From the NCBI RefSeq assembly GCF_006345805.1, contig NC_043009.1, forward strand, positions 20,460,001 to 20,524,000: a DNA stretch of 64,000 nt. Direction: 5' to 3'. This document shows positions 53,031-64,000 of the stretch, in pieces. Position numbers and translations under genes: made by a program. Positions within the stretch are counted from its first letter, which is position 1; the number at the start of each line of letters is the position of its first letter. The notes under the pieces are model-generated. The model worked only from the letters and a program-made list of their open reading frames with translations, was not told the DNA's origin and did no database searches. Source of the DNA: Octopus sinensis. Its lineage: Eukaryota.

Positions 53031-53430
53031 ACTGAAAGAGCCCAATATATTTGGGTCTGTGATCTTGCCTCTGCAAATGCAAAGTATTCAATGAAGTGGC
53101 TGTGTGGTAAGTAGCTTGCTTACCAACCACATGGTTCTGGGTTCAGTCCCACTGCGTGGCACCTTGGGCAAGGGTCTTCTGCTATAGCCTCGGGCCAACC
53201 AAAGCTTGTGAATGGATTTGGTAAATGGATACTGAAAGAGCCCCATATATTTGGTCTGTGATCTTGCCTCTGCAAATGCAAAGTATTCAATGAAGTGGCT
53301 GTGTGGTAAGTAGCTTGCTTACCAACCACATGGTTCTGGGTTCAGTCCCACTGCGTGGCACCTTGGGCAAGTGTCTTCTGCTATAGCCTCGGGCCAACCA
53401 AAGCCTTGTGAATGGATTTGGTAAATGGAT
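53031..53430. repeat. 200-bp tandem duplication (flank plus SINE head)
   Basis: ACTGAAAGA occurs at 53031, 53231 and 53431. Confidence 0.92.
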
Positions 53431-53448
53431 ACTGAAAGAAGCCCGTCG

Positions 53449-53491
<43 letters not shown>

Positions 53492-53798
53492 ATGTGTGTC
53501 TGTGTTTATCCCCCAACATCGCTTGACAACCAATGCTGGTGTGTTTACGTCCTCGTAACTTAGCGGTTTGGTTAAAGAGACTGATAGAATAAGTCCTGGG
53601 GTCGATTTGCTCGACTAATGGTGGTGCTCCAGCATGGTCACAGTCAAATGACTGAAACAAGTAAAAGAGAATGTATACCTAAGATGTGTACATGTTCACG
53701 CGCGCGCACACACATACACACACACACATCTATGATGGTGATGACATATACGTATGTACATGTGTATGCCTGTGCATATGAATGTATGTATGAATATT

Positions 53799-54030
53799 GA
53801 TACTAACACCTGGGAAGGTGTTGTATCAGATGGGGAGTTGTGGAGGAATCTGATTGCTATTGATGTTAAAGAATTCATGAATGACAGGGTAGCATACATT
53901 GAGTTGAAAAAGTGTTGGTAAATATACGGAAGATATGAATCCTCTCCGTGAGAAGGGTAGGAAAGAGGCTGTTTTGTGTGATCAGTGTGGTCATGTCTGC
54001 TTTTGAAAGGCAGGCTTACTCAGCCACCAA
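53799..54030 (+). mobile_element. RTE (BovB-like) C-terminal fragment
   Basis: IDTNTWEGVVSDGELWR...CDQCGHVC..KAGLLSH, a terminal zinc-finger-like motif; degenerate. Confidence 0.6.
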
Positions 54031-55269
54031 GCATTGTCACAAAGGTCACCTGTCTACCATTGTGATATCTGGCATGTTTTCTCGTGCACCTTATGTGAGG
54101 AGCAGAATGTGAAGATGTGTTGCTCAGTGGTTAGGTTCATGCGTTCGACTCTCAGCAGGGCATTGTGTCCTTGAGCAAGACACTTTATTTCACATTGCTG
54201 TAGTCTACTCAGCTGGTAAACTGAATATTACCGTGGGTGATTTTTTGAAGGGCCAACGTGTCACAAACTTACTGATCTCCCTAAGTAACTAATTGAGAGG
54301 GGATGGGTTGACTTGTAATCCGTGTGGAATGACTTGTTGACCTTGCAGACCATATGAGATGACATCAGTTTGGTGGGGACCAATTGTGAGATGTTTCTTA
54401 GAGTGAAATGGGCTTAGGAAGTGGTTTTACTGTCATGAATCAACTTCTACCATGTATGTATGTGGATGCATGTAACAAAATCGTATTTTAATATTATTTT
54501 GTTTTATTTTTATGAAAAACATTTTGAAAGAAGGTATATGTACCCTTGCTGTATGCACCATGCTTCAGTTATATGCTCTGACTTAATCAGAGCCTAGAAT
54601 CGGTACCAATCCAGCATCTGTTTAAAGGAAAGCAAATAATTTTGATGTGCGATAGAGCATAACCACAAATTTGTGTCATCATTGCTGATAGGTGTTAATC
54701 CATTATCCAAAATACACTAATTAGTTCATCAGTAATTAATTAAACTAATAATGGTAGACAGCCTAGCATTTTGTCATCAACACATATTAAAATACAATCT
54801 TGTTATCATGGCCAACATTATATGTTACTATACAAAGTAGACCATAGAGCCTCTATATGGTCACTAGAAATAGCAGTCAAATCTATTTCAAATCACATTC
54901 CATTATTGTAAACAAGAAAGGACTTATTAGATAATGTTATCTTACATGCATACCTCATAAAATGGGGAGAAAGTCATGGTTGGCTCCCACCTTAAACATC
55001 TTAAGTTTGTTGAATCAGAACTGAACAAGGAGTAACCAACAACAACAAAATCCACTTCTAATTAACAAATTGCTGATAGACTAATCAATTAACAAGAAGA
55101 ATGTCATTATATACGAAAATGTTTTAGCCTTGTTTTGTTGATCTGATTAACAACTTGCTAATTTAATCCTCTCCAATAATCAACCTTGACATGCTTAGTT
55201 ATTATGATTTTATCATAGGAAGTCTTTGTTTCTTGTTTGATTTCCATTCTGATATGAGGTTTATTTCCT

Positions 55270-56720
55270 GCCCACGCTGCGAGACTCTACACACAGCATA
55301 CATCTCCCTCATCACCTTGCTTCCTACTGAAGCGGGAATTAAGAAATGCCTTTAACAGCGTTAGGTATGGCCTTGTCCTGAAGATGTGTCTAAGATGTAC
55401 TCCCTCTTTACACCCACTTACATACATCTCAGGTCACTCATGGCTGCTGACAGCAGGATCACTTCTTTCTCAGGTGTCCAGTATGGTCATCCTCTTGGTC
55501 TGCTCCTTTTCACATTGTCTGTTGTTGATATTGCCTAGTCAGTCTACTCATCCTTCAATGTCTAGTACCTGGATGATGCGACCCCGGGTGGCTTGCCTGA
55601 GTCTGTTGTTGGAGACCTTCAGCAGGTTATCCCAGCCCTAAAGCTTCTCAGGCTTGAGATAATCCTGTCCAAGTTGGAGGTGATAAATGTGAGCTATGGT
55701 GAGGCTGAATTCCAGGATGTCCTTTGCAGCACCTTGTCTGTCTTGACAGGGGCTCAGCTGACACCAAAGGATGCCATCTGCATTCTTAGCTCCCCAATTC
55801 TCCCGAAAGCCATAATGGAGTTCCTGAAGACCAAGCTTGTGGTCTTGTCCAGGATGACTAACAACTTGCACCTTATTGACATGCACCTGTGCTCTTCCTC
55901 TTGAGGAAATGTTTTGTGCTACCCAAGCCCCCCCCCCTTTTTTTGCTGTGCAGTATACCATGCCACCCTCTCAAAGACTACCTCGATATTAATAACACCA
56001 TCTGGCACTGTGCTGAGCTGATCTACAATGTTAGTTTTGACAGTGCCAACTGGCAACAGGCTAAACAGCCTGTTAAATTTGGTGGCCTTGGTCTCTGTTC
56101 CACATTGGACCTGGCTCTGTTTACCTCTCTTTCCTCAGTCTCCTTCAGCTATGCTCTCGTTAGTGAGATACTCCACAGGATGGCCAAAGCAGCTGTGGCC
56201 CAGAAACTGGAGACAGCCCTAGCCGATTGGACCACTGAAGACCTTGCTGTCTCCCAGAATACTGATGCCCAATAGAACTGAGATGACACCAGATGCAAGT
56301 CAGTCTTGGGGCAAATTCAAACATCATTAGACCAGCACTGCCTTGCATGTCTCAATTCATTGCCCTCCTCATCTACCAGTGCCCTTCTGGATGATGAGTG
56401 CACTCATATCGGACTGACCCAATGCATAGTCTTTGCATTTTTGAGCTACTCAAATGGCATTGTGGAGCAGTAATTGATGAATTTGGCCTACATCCATTAT
56501 TCTGAAGCCTCTCAGCATGGGCCAGTTCCTCTGACATGCCACTCTGAAGAACATTATTAGAAGGAATTTCAATGCAGCTGACTTCCTGTCTCAACTGGAG
56601 CCAGTAGATCTTGACCACAGGTATGGTAAGTGCCCCAAGCCTCTTCCCATCCTAGTGGGGCAGATCCCTAGTCTGGGATGCGACATGCAGCAACACATTC
56701 TGTGGTTCCAACTTTGCTGC
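55270..56720 (+). mobile_element. Degenerate CRE-clade non-LTR retrotransposon
   Basis: NAFNSV, SGVQYGHPLGLLLF, FNV*YLDDAT, PVKFGGLGL and LVWDATC motifs, with many stops and frameshifts. Confidence 0.72.
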
Positions 56721-56959
56721 ACAGGCTGCAAACCCAGGTATCACCATCTGTAATGCAGTTCATTATGGAACTGAAGAATAAATTTGCTTTGCTTGAGGCA
56801 ATTCCAAACTCCTTTTGGTTGTTTGATTTTATAGTTTGCAAGTGTCATATTTTGTTCTTGGGTTTGTCTTTGCCTTGTACAGGTGTTTTCAAAGTTTCAG
56901 CTTCACTTGTGACCTTACAAGCTGATGATCACTTGCAACATCAGCGCCTCTTATGACTC

Positions 56960-57400
56960 AGGTGTCTTTTATTTACATTGGATGAGTGTGTGGTTAATTT
57001 GATTTGTTGTTCTTTTATCTGGAGAGGTCCAGGTGTTTTTGTGAATGTCCTTGTGTGGGAATATAGTTCCAGTAATGACAAGATCATTCATCCTACAGAA
57101 TTTTATGAGCCTTTTGCCATTGCTGTTGATGATTCCTGTTCCATGTTTACCCATTATTCTCTCATTCTCCTTATTATCTGCTCCAGCCTTGGCATTCATA
57201 TCTCCAGTTACAATAACCATTTCATGTTTGTGCACATTCTCGACTACAGTTTTGCAGATGTTCATAGATGTTGTCTTTCACCTCATCCTTTGCATCCATT
57301 ATACACATGGATGACTGTTAAATGAATTTGGAATAAAATCTGGCTGTGATGATTCTCTCATTCACTGGTTCCCATTCCATGAATTCAGCAGCTTTGGACA
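56960..57400 (-). mobile_element. RTE APE-endonuclease fragment
   Basis: GDMNAK...NSNGKRLIKFC..NDLVITGTIFPHK...TWTSPD..TTNQI. Confidence 0.85.
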
Positions 57401-58148
57401 TCATAAAAGCTACTCCACTGTGGTGTATTTCGTCTTTCCTACCAGAATAGATGACAGCTTCACCTGAGCTTACTCTGTGTAATATCTACAGTGCCCAGTG
57501 GTGCTAAAGTCCTCCCCTATTCTATATAATAATGTGTATGTGCATGGTACCTAGTGGTTCTATGTCGTATATGTGTAAGTCCTGAAGGTTTGATTGTGTA
57601 TTTCTCTGCCCCATTCATTGTTAAGACTCGGTGTCATTATTATATACGTCCCTTAAATAATATCCAGCTGTCATTTTGAGGATTTTCTAACTGAACCAAA
57701 CATTTTGCCAGTCGTCTTGGGAGACTGTTGTTGACTGCTTGTTAGACCATGCCTCTCAGTCAGTTAGGAAATCTGGTTAATATTTCACAGATGAGGCTTC
57801 ATAAAACTGAAGCAGGTTCACAGTTGTTCCAAAACAGAATTATTTTCCACTGCTTTCTTCCTTCAGCACCATTCACTTTTTAATGAATTTACATTTTAGA
57901 CTTTTCTTCCATGACCAAACTTAATATGTTAATGAAGCTAGTAAATTTCTTCCTAAGATCAAATTGTGTAGTAAGCGCACGCATGCACACACAGACACAC
58001 GCGCACACACACACACAGAGGCAACAAGTGTAGAAACTACATATTTTTAAATTACATGTGTTGATAAATGTGGTAGTATTATGATTTCTGTTTACACTAG
58101 TGCTCTGTGTGTGTGTATTTGTATGTATGTTTGTATATATATACATAT

Positions 58149-59113
58149 GATCACTTTGACCGACCAGTCCGTCAGGCGTCCATTTGACACCGCTGGTCAC
58201 AGCACGCTGTCCACTCCTCTCTGGATCGCACCTTTCTCATCCACGTGATCCCAATCGTCCTCTTGAAATCGTCACTCCACTGTCGTGGAGGTCTTCCGGG
58301 TGGTCTATTCCACTCACGCGGGTACCACTTGACAACTGCGTGCGTCCACCGATTATCGGTGAGCCGGGCGACGTGTCCAGCCCATCTATACTTGCTGTGA
58401 GTATACTCTGCGATGACATCTCTCACGCCGGACTTCTTTCTGTTGATGTTGCTATTTATGTGCTCTCTCAACGAGATACCAAGCATTGACCTTTCCATGG
58501 CTCTTTGAGCCGTTATCAGTCTTTGCTCTTCTCTCTTTGTGGTAGCCCATGTTTCACTACCATATAACATTGCAGGCAGAACTGCACTGTTAATGAGGTT
58601 GGCGCGGGTGGTCCTGTCCAACCTTCCCTTGAGCACATCCCTTATGCCATTGAACGCCTTAGGCAAATTCCGGATGCACCACCGACATAGCTCTACTGTC
58701 ATCACCCATACGAGTGCCGGTCGAGAAGGGAGTGAAGCATGGAGATACAATCTCCCCAAAACTTTTCACTGCATGTCTCGAACAGATCATCAGAGGCATC
58801 GAATGGCAAGGTGGTGTCAACATCAATGGCGAGCTCCTCACTCACCTCCATTTCGCTGACGACATCGTACTCATCGCTGAAAACATGGATCAGCTTCAGA
58901 CCATGCTGACAGAGCTCGACATCAAAAGTTCTGCAGTAAGTCTCAAGATGAACCGCATGAAAACAAAGTTCATGCGGTCAGACAACGTACCAACAGGTCG
59001 AATGGTGATCGGCAGTGATGAAATAGAGGAAATGAGAGAATATGTCTACTGGGACAGGAAGAAAATATGTGCCAGGATATCAAAAAGGAGATCTCACGGA
59101 GAGTAAGGGCCGG
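58149..59113 (-). mobile_element. RTE-1-like LINE insertion with inverted 5' segment
   Basis: 3' part on - (58149-58660: YGSETW, WAGHVAR, GRPPRQW); RT part on + (58661-59113: GVKHGDTISPKLF, FADDIV); 12-bp TSD ATATATACATAT at 58137 and 59114. Confidence 0.88.
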
Positions 59114-59181
<68 letters not shown>

Positions 59182-59273
59182 CTATGTCTCCGTGCATGAT
59201 ACAGCCTTAAGCCTTAAGAGAAAAAAAAAACTACACATTTATTGGATGGCCATTGACTCTCAAGAGTTCCATA

Positions 59274-59308
<35 letters not shown>

Positions 59309-59350
59309 GTATGTATATATATGTAAAAGTATATATATATATAAGTATAA

Positions 59351-59382
<32 letters not shown>

Positions 59383-59637
59383 ATGTATATATATATTTAT
59401 ACCGGAGTAAACACATAAATGTGAAACAAGGTGGAAAAAAGAGTACTCAAATACCAGTGGTAGAGTAATATGCTTTATTTTAAGCAGCAGAAAATTCAAC
59501 AAATTCAACAAAATCTGTAGATTTTGTTGAATTTTCTGCTGCTTAAAATAAAGTATATATATTTATATATATATATATGCATATATATATGTGTGTGTCT
59601 GTGTGTGTACATATGTATATATATGTAAAAGTATATA

Positions 59638-60863
59638 TCTTTATATATAAAAGTGAGGTTGTGTGCTGTCTGTCTCCTACGATTTAGATTCCTAACTACT
59701 CCCACAGTTCTAGGACAGCACTCTACACCATATGAGATGTCATCGGGTGTACCACAGGGATCTGTCCTTGGTCCCCTCCTGTTTGTGGCATACATTAATG
59801 ACATAGATGCCAATTTAAAGAATGCCACAGTATTGAAATATGCAGACGACATCAAGCTGTACCTTGAAATCAAGAGGACTGATCCTGATGTCTACAACTC
59901 TTTCCTGCAATCAGACCTAGACACAATGCAGCAATGGATCACAGACTGGCAACTGAAACTGGCTGTGGACAAGTGTACCACCATGCATTTTGGGAGAAAA
60001 AACCCTGCGTCCACATACTCCCTCCACAACACTGATATCAAGAAATCCTCTTGCGAGCGTGACCTAGGCATCACTGTCAGCAGTGATTTGCGTTGGACAA
60101 AGCATATCTCTAAAATTGTCAAGAAGGCCGAGGGTGTCTTGGCATCACTCAGCAAGACTTTTGTTAGCCGCTCTCCAGCCATCTATTTAAAACTGTATAC
60201 AGCTCTGGTACGACCACACTTGGAATTCGCATCATCAGTTTGGAATCCCTATCTTGCTCAGAACATTGACCCTGGAATCTGTCCAGAGACGTGCAACCAA
60301 ACGCATACCCTCCATCAGACACCTACCATATTCTGAGCGCCTTGTTTCCCTGGGCATGGATTCACTGAAGCTCCGGCGTCTGGCGACGGACTTGGGTAAA
60401 CACCACTAGGTTATCAACCACCCACAACAACACTGAACACCTTTTGATCTCCATGTGTCTAACACACGTGGACATGCCTACAAAGTCAGAAAACAGCACA
60501 GCTCCCATGACTTTCGGAAACATTTTTTCACGCTCAGGGTTGCTGAAGCGTGGAATAAACTGCCTGCATCAGTTGTTGACTGCCATGACACTACATCCTT
60601 TAAGGCCCTCATGCTTCCCGAAATCCGTCGAAACTACACCTGATTATATATACACTTTAGATGAATTGTAGTGCACCTGAGCACTGTACACAATTATTAT
60701 TATTATTATTATTATTATTAAATCTCAGAACGTAAAAAGCTACAGTAACCCCCCCCCCTTTGTGGTTAGCCATATTGAGATGGCTATTATACTTTACATC
60801 TCTAAAAATGCTTATATAGTTATTTCCCTTACAAACCCGAGCAACGCCGGGCGATACTGCTAG
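59638..60863 (+). mobile_element. Second non-autonomous Helitron family, with a nested LINE
   Basis: A|TCTTTATATATAAAAGTGAGG start; CCCG-agcaacgc-CGGG hairpin then CTAG|T end. Confidence 0.8.
59706..60722 (+). mobile_element. CR1/L2-group LINE 3' fragment (RT plus C-terminus)
   Basis: GVPQGSVLGPLLF, YADDIKL and RPHLEFASSVWNP, then TRGHAYKV...RKHFFTLRVAEAWNKLP; ends in an (ATT)n tail. Confidence 0.92.
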
Positions 60864-60883
60864 TATAAATATATATATATATT

Positions 60884-60922
<39 letters not shown>

Positions 60923-61159
60923 ACATATGTATATATATGTAAAAGTATATATATAAATATATATATATATTTAATTTATATATATATATATATGTGTGTG
61001 TACGTGTGTACATAAGTATATATATGTAAAAGTATATATATAAATATATATATATTTATATACATATGTGTATATATGTTTGTGTGTACATATGTATATA
61101 TATGTAAAAGTATATATATATATATATATATTTAATTTATATATATGTGAAAGTATATG

Positions 61160-61201
<42 letters not shown>

Positions 61202-61875
61202 ATCATTATCATCAGCATGATCAACATTTAACATCTGTTTTCCATGCTATCATGGGTTGAATGGTTCAACAGGGGTAGTAAAGCCAAAGAACTACACAAA
61301 GTTTCACTGTCTGCTTTGACATGGTTTTTCTAACTGAATGCCCTTTCTAATGTTGACCATTTTACAAAGTGGACTGGATGCTATGTGGCACCAGCACCAA
61401 CAAGGTCACCAAACAACTTACAAAACAAAAAATATGTAAGTATATATATATATATATGTTGTTATGTCCTGTTATTATTATTATTTTTATTCTATTTTTG
61501 TATTTATATTCGTGTAACATTATCTGTTTTTCCATCCTTGTCTTCATATACATTCGATGCTTTTTTCCAAGGAATCTAATACTCTTAGCTTAGTTTTTCC
61601 TTGGTGCTGGCCAGATTGGAGCAATCTCAAGATTAATCAGCCGAAATTGCGAGGATGATCCAGTTCTTGACTGAGGATAAAAGGCTTCGAATGACTCGTC
61701 CTTGTTTTTTTGTATCGTCTATCTGGATGTTTTGTTGTCCCTTTTTGTATCACCTAGTTGTCTGAATGTTTTGCGTTCTTGTCCCCTTTTGTATTTTATT
61801 TTGTACATATATATATATATATATTGTTTAAATTATCCAGGTTATCTGAATGTTTCTCTCTGTTTTCTCTCCTAG

Positions 61876-61948
61876 TGACCCCAAATTCTTCCATGACCAG
61901 TGGTTAATGTCCATGTATTCAGATCCAGGAAACAATAGAAAACAACGG
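61876..61948 (+). CDS. HOOK3: Hook-family protein exon 3
   Basis: ctcctag|TGACCCC...CAACGG|gtaact; DPKFFHDQWLMSMYSDPGNNRKQR, comparable to DPAYFDENWLNRIKTEVGDNWRLK; 73 nt, phase 2-0. Confidence 0.88.
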
Positions 61949-63061
61949 GTAACTTTTCACTTTTTTATTCTTTTTTTTTTTATATTTATTTACTTTGCAT
62001 TCAGCTTTCTTCTTTTACCACCACTTCTTGCGCTACCGCCATCACTATTTCTTCCCCTCTCTACTATCACCACTACTATATACAACTACTGTCACCATCA
62101 CTACTACTACAGTTGCTGCTGTACAGTTATCTCTGTACACACACACACACACACACACATTATACAATGCTTGCAGGCATAGCCATGTTAAGAAGTTTGT
62201 TTCCCAACCATGCCATGCTAGGTTCAATCCAACCACATGACAACTTAGGCATGGTGTTTTACCCTAGCTTTGGGGCAGTCCAAGACAGTGTGTAGAAGCC
62301 TGTCAGATGGACTCCACCTCTAATTCAAAGCTACTTCTTGTTACACTGTCACACCGATTCTACTCTGGGATTCCATTGAGAATAAATGTGTCTGTGGGAT
62401 ACTCAGCCACTTTGCATGTTAATTCAATGAGTTCTGTTGATTGAACAATTGGATGTTCCTACATCAATCCCAGTGGAAGGGTCCATTATAATCCTATATA
62501 CACTACAGGTTTATATAAATATTGATTTCAAATTCCAGCACAAGGCCAGCAATATCAGGGGTGGGAGTAAGATGATTACATCAACTCCAGTGTTCTACTA
62601 ATTTTATCGACCCTGAAAGGATGAAAGGCAAAAATCAACCTTGGCAGAACTTGAACTCGGTAACTAAACATTTGATGAAATGCTGCTAGGCATTTGGCCC
62701 AATGTGCCAACAGTTCTGCTGACACACCACCCTGGTTTTTATAAATATTAAAACGAAGGAAGACCTATCAGTTTGATGTCATTCCTGAATTTGTAGCATT
62801 TAATCATAAAGCAGGAGACCTTGTCAAAAAGGTTAAACCTTTGAGTGGGATTCTAGTTACATGAAAAATATTTAAAGGGTAAACAATGCTAAATTAGGGA
62901 TTTCTTTACTTTACGATCTGTATTGTTTTATGCTTCTGCCAAATTCCACTCCCAAGGCACCATTCAATAAAAGAAACATTCACCCAAATCTGTGAAGTTG
63001 TGAGGCAAACTTTTTCACCTCAGCTGATACCTATGTTAATATTTTCTGTTTAATTTTTCAG

Positions 63062-63112
63062 ACAGCAAATTTACAAAAGATTCTGAACAGAGTTCAAGAG
63101 TTTTTTTCCAGT
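63062..63112 (+). CDS. HOOK3: Hook-family protein exon 4 (gene continues beyond the window)
   Basis: tttttcag|ACAGCA...TCCAGT|gtaagt; TANLQKILNRVQEFFSS, comparable to ISNLKKILKGILDYNHE; 51 nt. Confidence 0.88.
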
Positions 63113-63491
63113 GTAAGTAATTATTTCATACATTTTAACATTTATTATGTTCCTACCTTCTACTGTTGTTTTACGTCAAATTACCTGAGTGCTCAGAAAT
63201 ATTCTGATATTTACCATTTCAATAGAACTAGAATTTATTTACTCCTAGGGCAACTCTGCCGACAGACTTTGACCTGTAATTGAAGATGTTCCATCTGTGA
63301 CCATCTTGTCTTTTGTTTGAGACATAGTGTATCAAGGACTGTCATACTTTTTTTTTCAAGACAGCAGTTAAAAACTTGTCTTCTATTTCTAACAAGTCAA
63401 GTAGCCACATAGGGACTTCCATGTCAGCTCATTATAAGTAGAATTTGTAAAAAATGATGCAGTTTTATCTAATATCAAATATATGGAATAA

Positions 63492-63712
63492 CCCTTTAGT
63501 GTTCACATTATTCTGCCAAAGTTAATGTTTATTTATTCTCTTTGTTTTGAACTAATCATGCATTATCTTGTAGTTATGAGATTTTGATGAGGTAGCTATT
63601 AATTTTTAAGATGATATTGTAGGGTTGGTGTGAGAGACCAGATATGGCCAGTTTGAACATAAAACAAGCAGAATACTTTTGGCCGGATATGGCCAGTTTA
63701 AATGCTAAAGGG
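63492..63712. mobile_element. piggyBac-type MITE
   Basis: (A)TAA|CCCTTTAGTGTT...AATGCTAAAGGG|TTAA; internal similarity to 3188-3394. Confidence 0.72.
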
Positions 63713-64000
63713 TTAATATGAATATCTGTACAGTTTCATATGGAATAACTAGATTTTTGTATGAATAATTGTAGAGTTTTATAGGGTATGTTTGTACAGT
63801 TCTATGTAATATATTCTGTGAAGAAATGTTTTTCATTCTGTCCTTCATTATTTCTACAGATTGTAGAATTTCTTTTGCTTAACCCTAGGTCAGCCATCAA
63901 TGAGCAGACCTTCAAAGAAAGATGTTCCAACCAGGACTAACCCTATCTTTTAAGGGATGTTTATGAATACATTTTTTCAGTATGTCCTTCCTATTTTCTT

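Larger units (their letters stand above)
59270..61200. repeat. (TA)/(TG) compound minisatellite with recurring GTACATATGTATATATATGTAAAAGTATAT unit, split by insertions
   Basis: Unit seen near 59310, 59605, 60920, 61005 and 61085, on both sides of the Helitron. Confidence 0.85.

Noticed and set aside
57640-57860. Possible Tc1-like transposase remnant on the minus strand
   Set aside because: Too degenerate to recover a diagnostic motif.
61560-61810. Second possible hammerhead (CTGAGGA...CGAAT...GTC)
   Set aside because: GAAA is not intact and I could not form stem I or II; at most a decayed repeat remnant.

Overview
AT-rich, microsatellite-dense eukaryotic DNA, most likely an octopus (cephalopod), judging by its SINE, RTE-LINE and Helitron families; this taxon call is an inference. 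Three spliced host genes were reconstructed by hand from GT-AG boundaries. (1) The 3' eight coding exons of ACSF2, a medium-chain acyl-CoA ligase (+, 877-19175). (2) A complete five-coding-exon RNF170 RING E3 ligase (-, 32520-20323, 248 aa), tail-to-tail with ACSF2. (3) The first four coding exons of a Hook-family dynein adaptor (+, 33682-63112, continuing past the window), head-to-head with RNF170, the same arrangement as human RNF170/HOOK3. The introns hold R4/Dong, RTE, CR1/L2-group and CRE LINE fragments, non-autonomous Helitrons, a decayed DD34D mariner, piggyBac- and hAT-type MITEs and tRNA-derived SINEs. Main observations: a 360-nt unit joining a tRNA-like Pol III head to a minimal type I hammerhead ribozyme (candidate retrozyme, 50149-50575); an intact orphan NAD kinase exon antisense in an ACSF2 intron; an inverted ~1.5-kb Helitron pair bracketing ACSF2 window-exon 6; and an RTE insertion with a twin-priming-type 5' inversion. 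No searches were run; family names come from recognised motifs.
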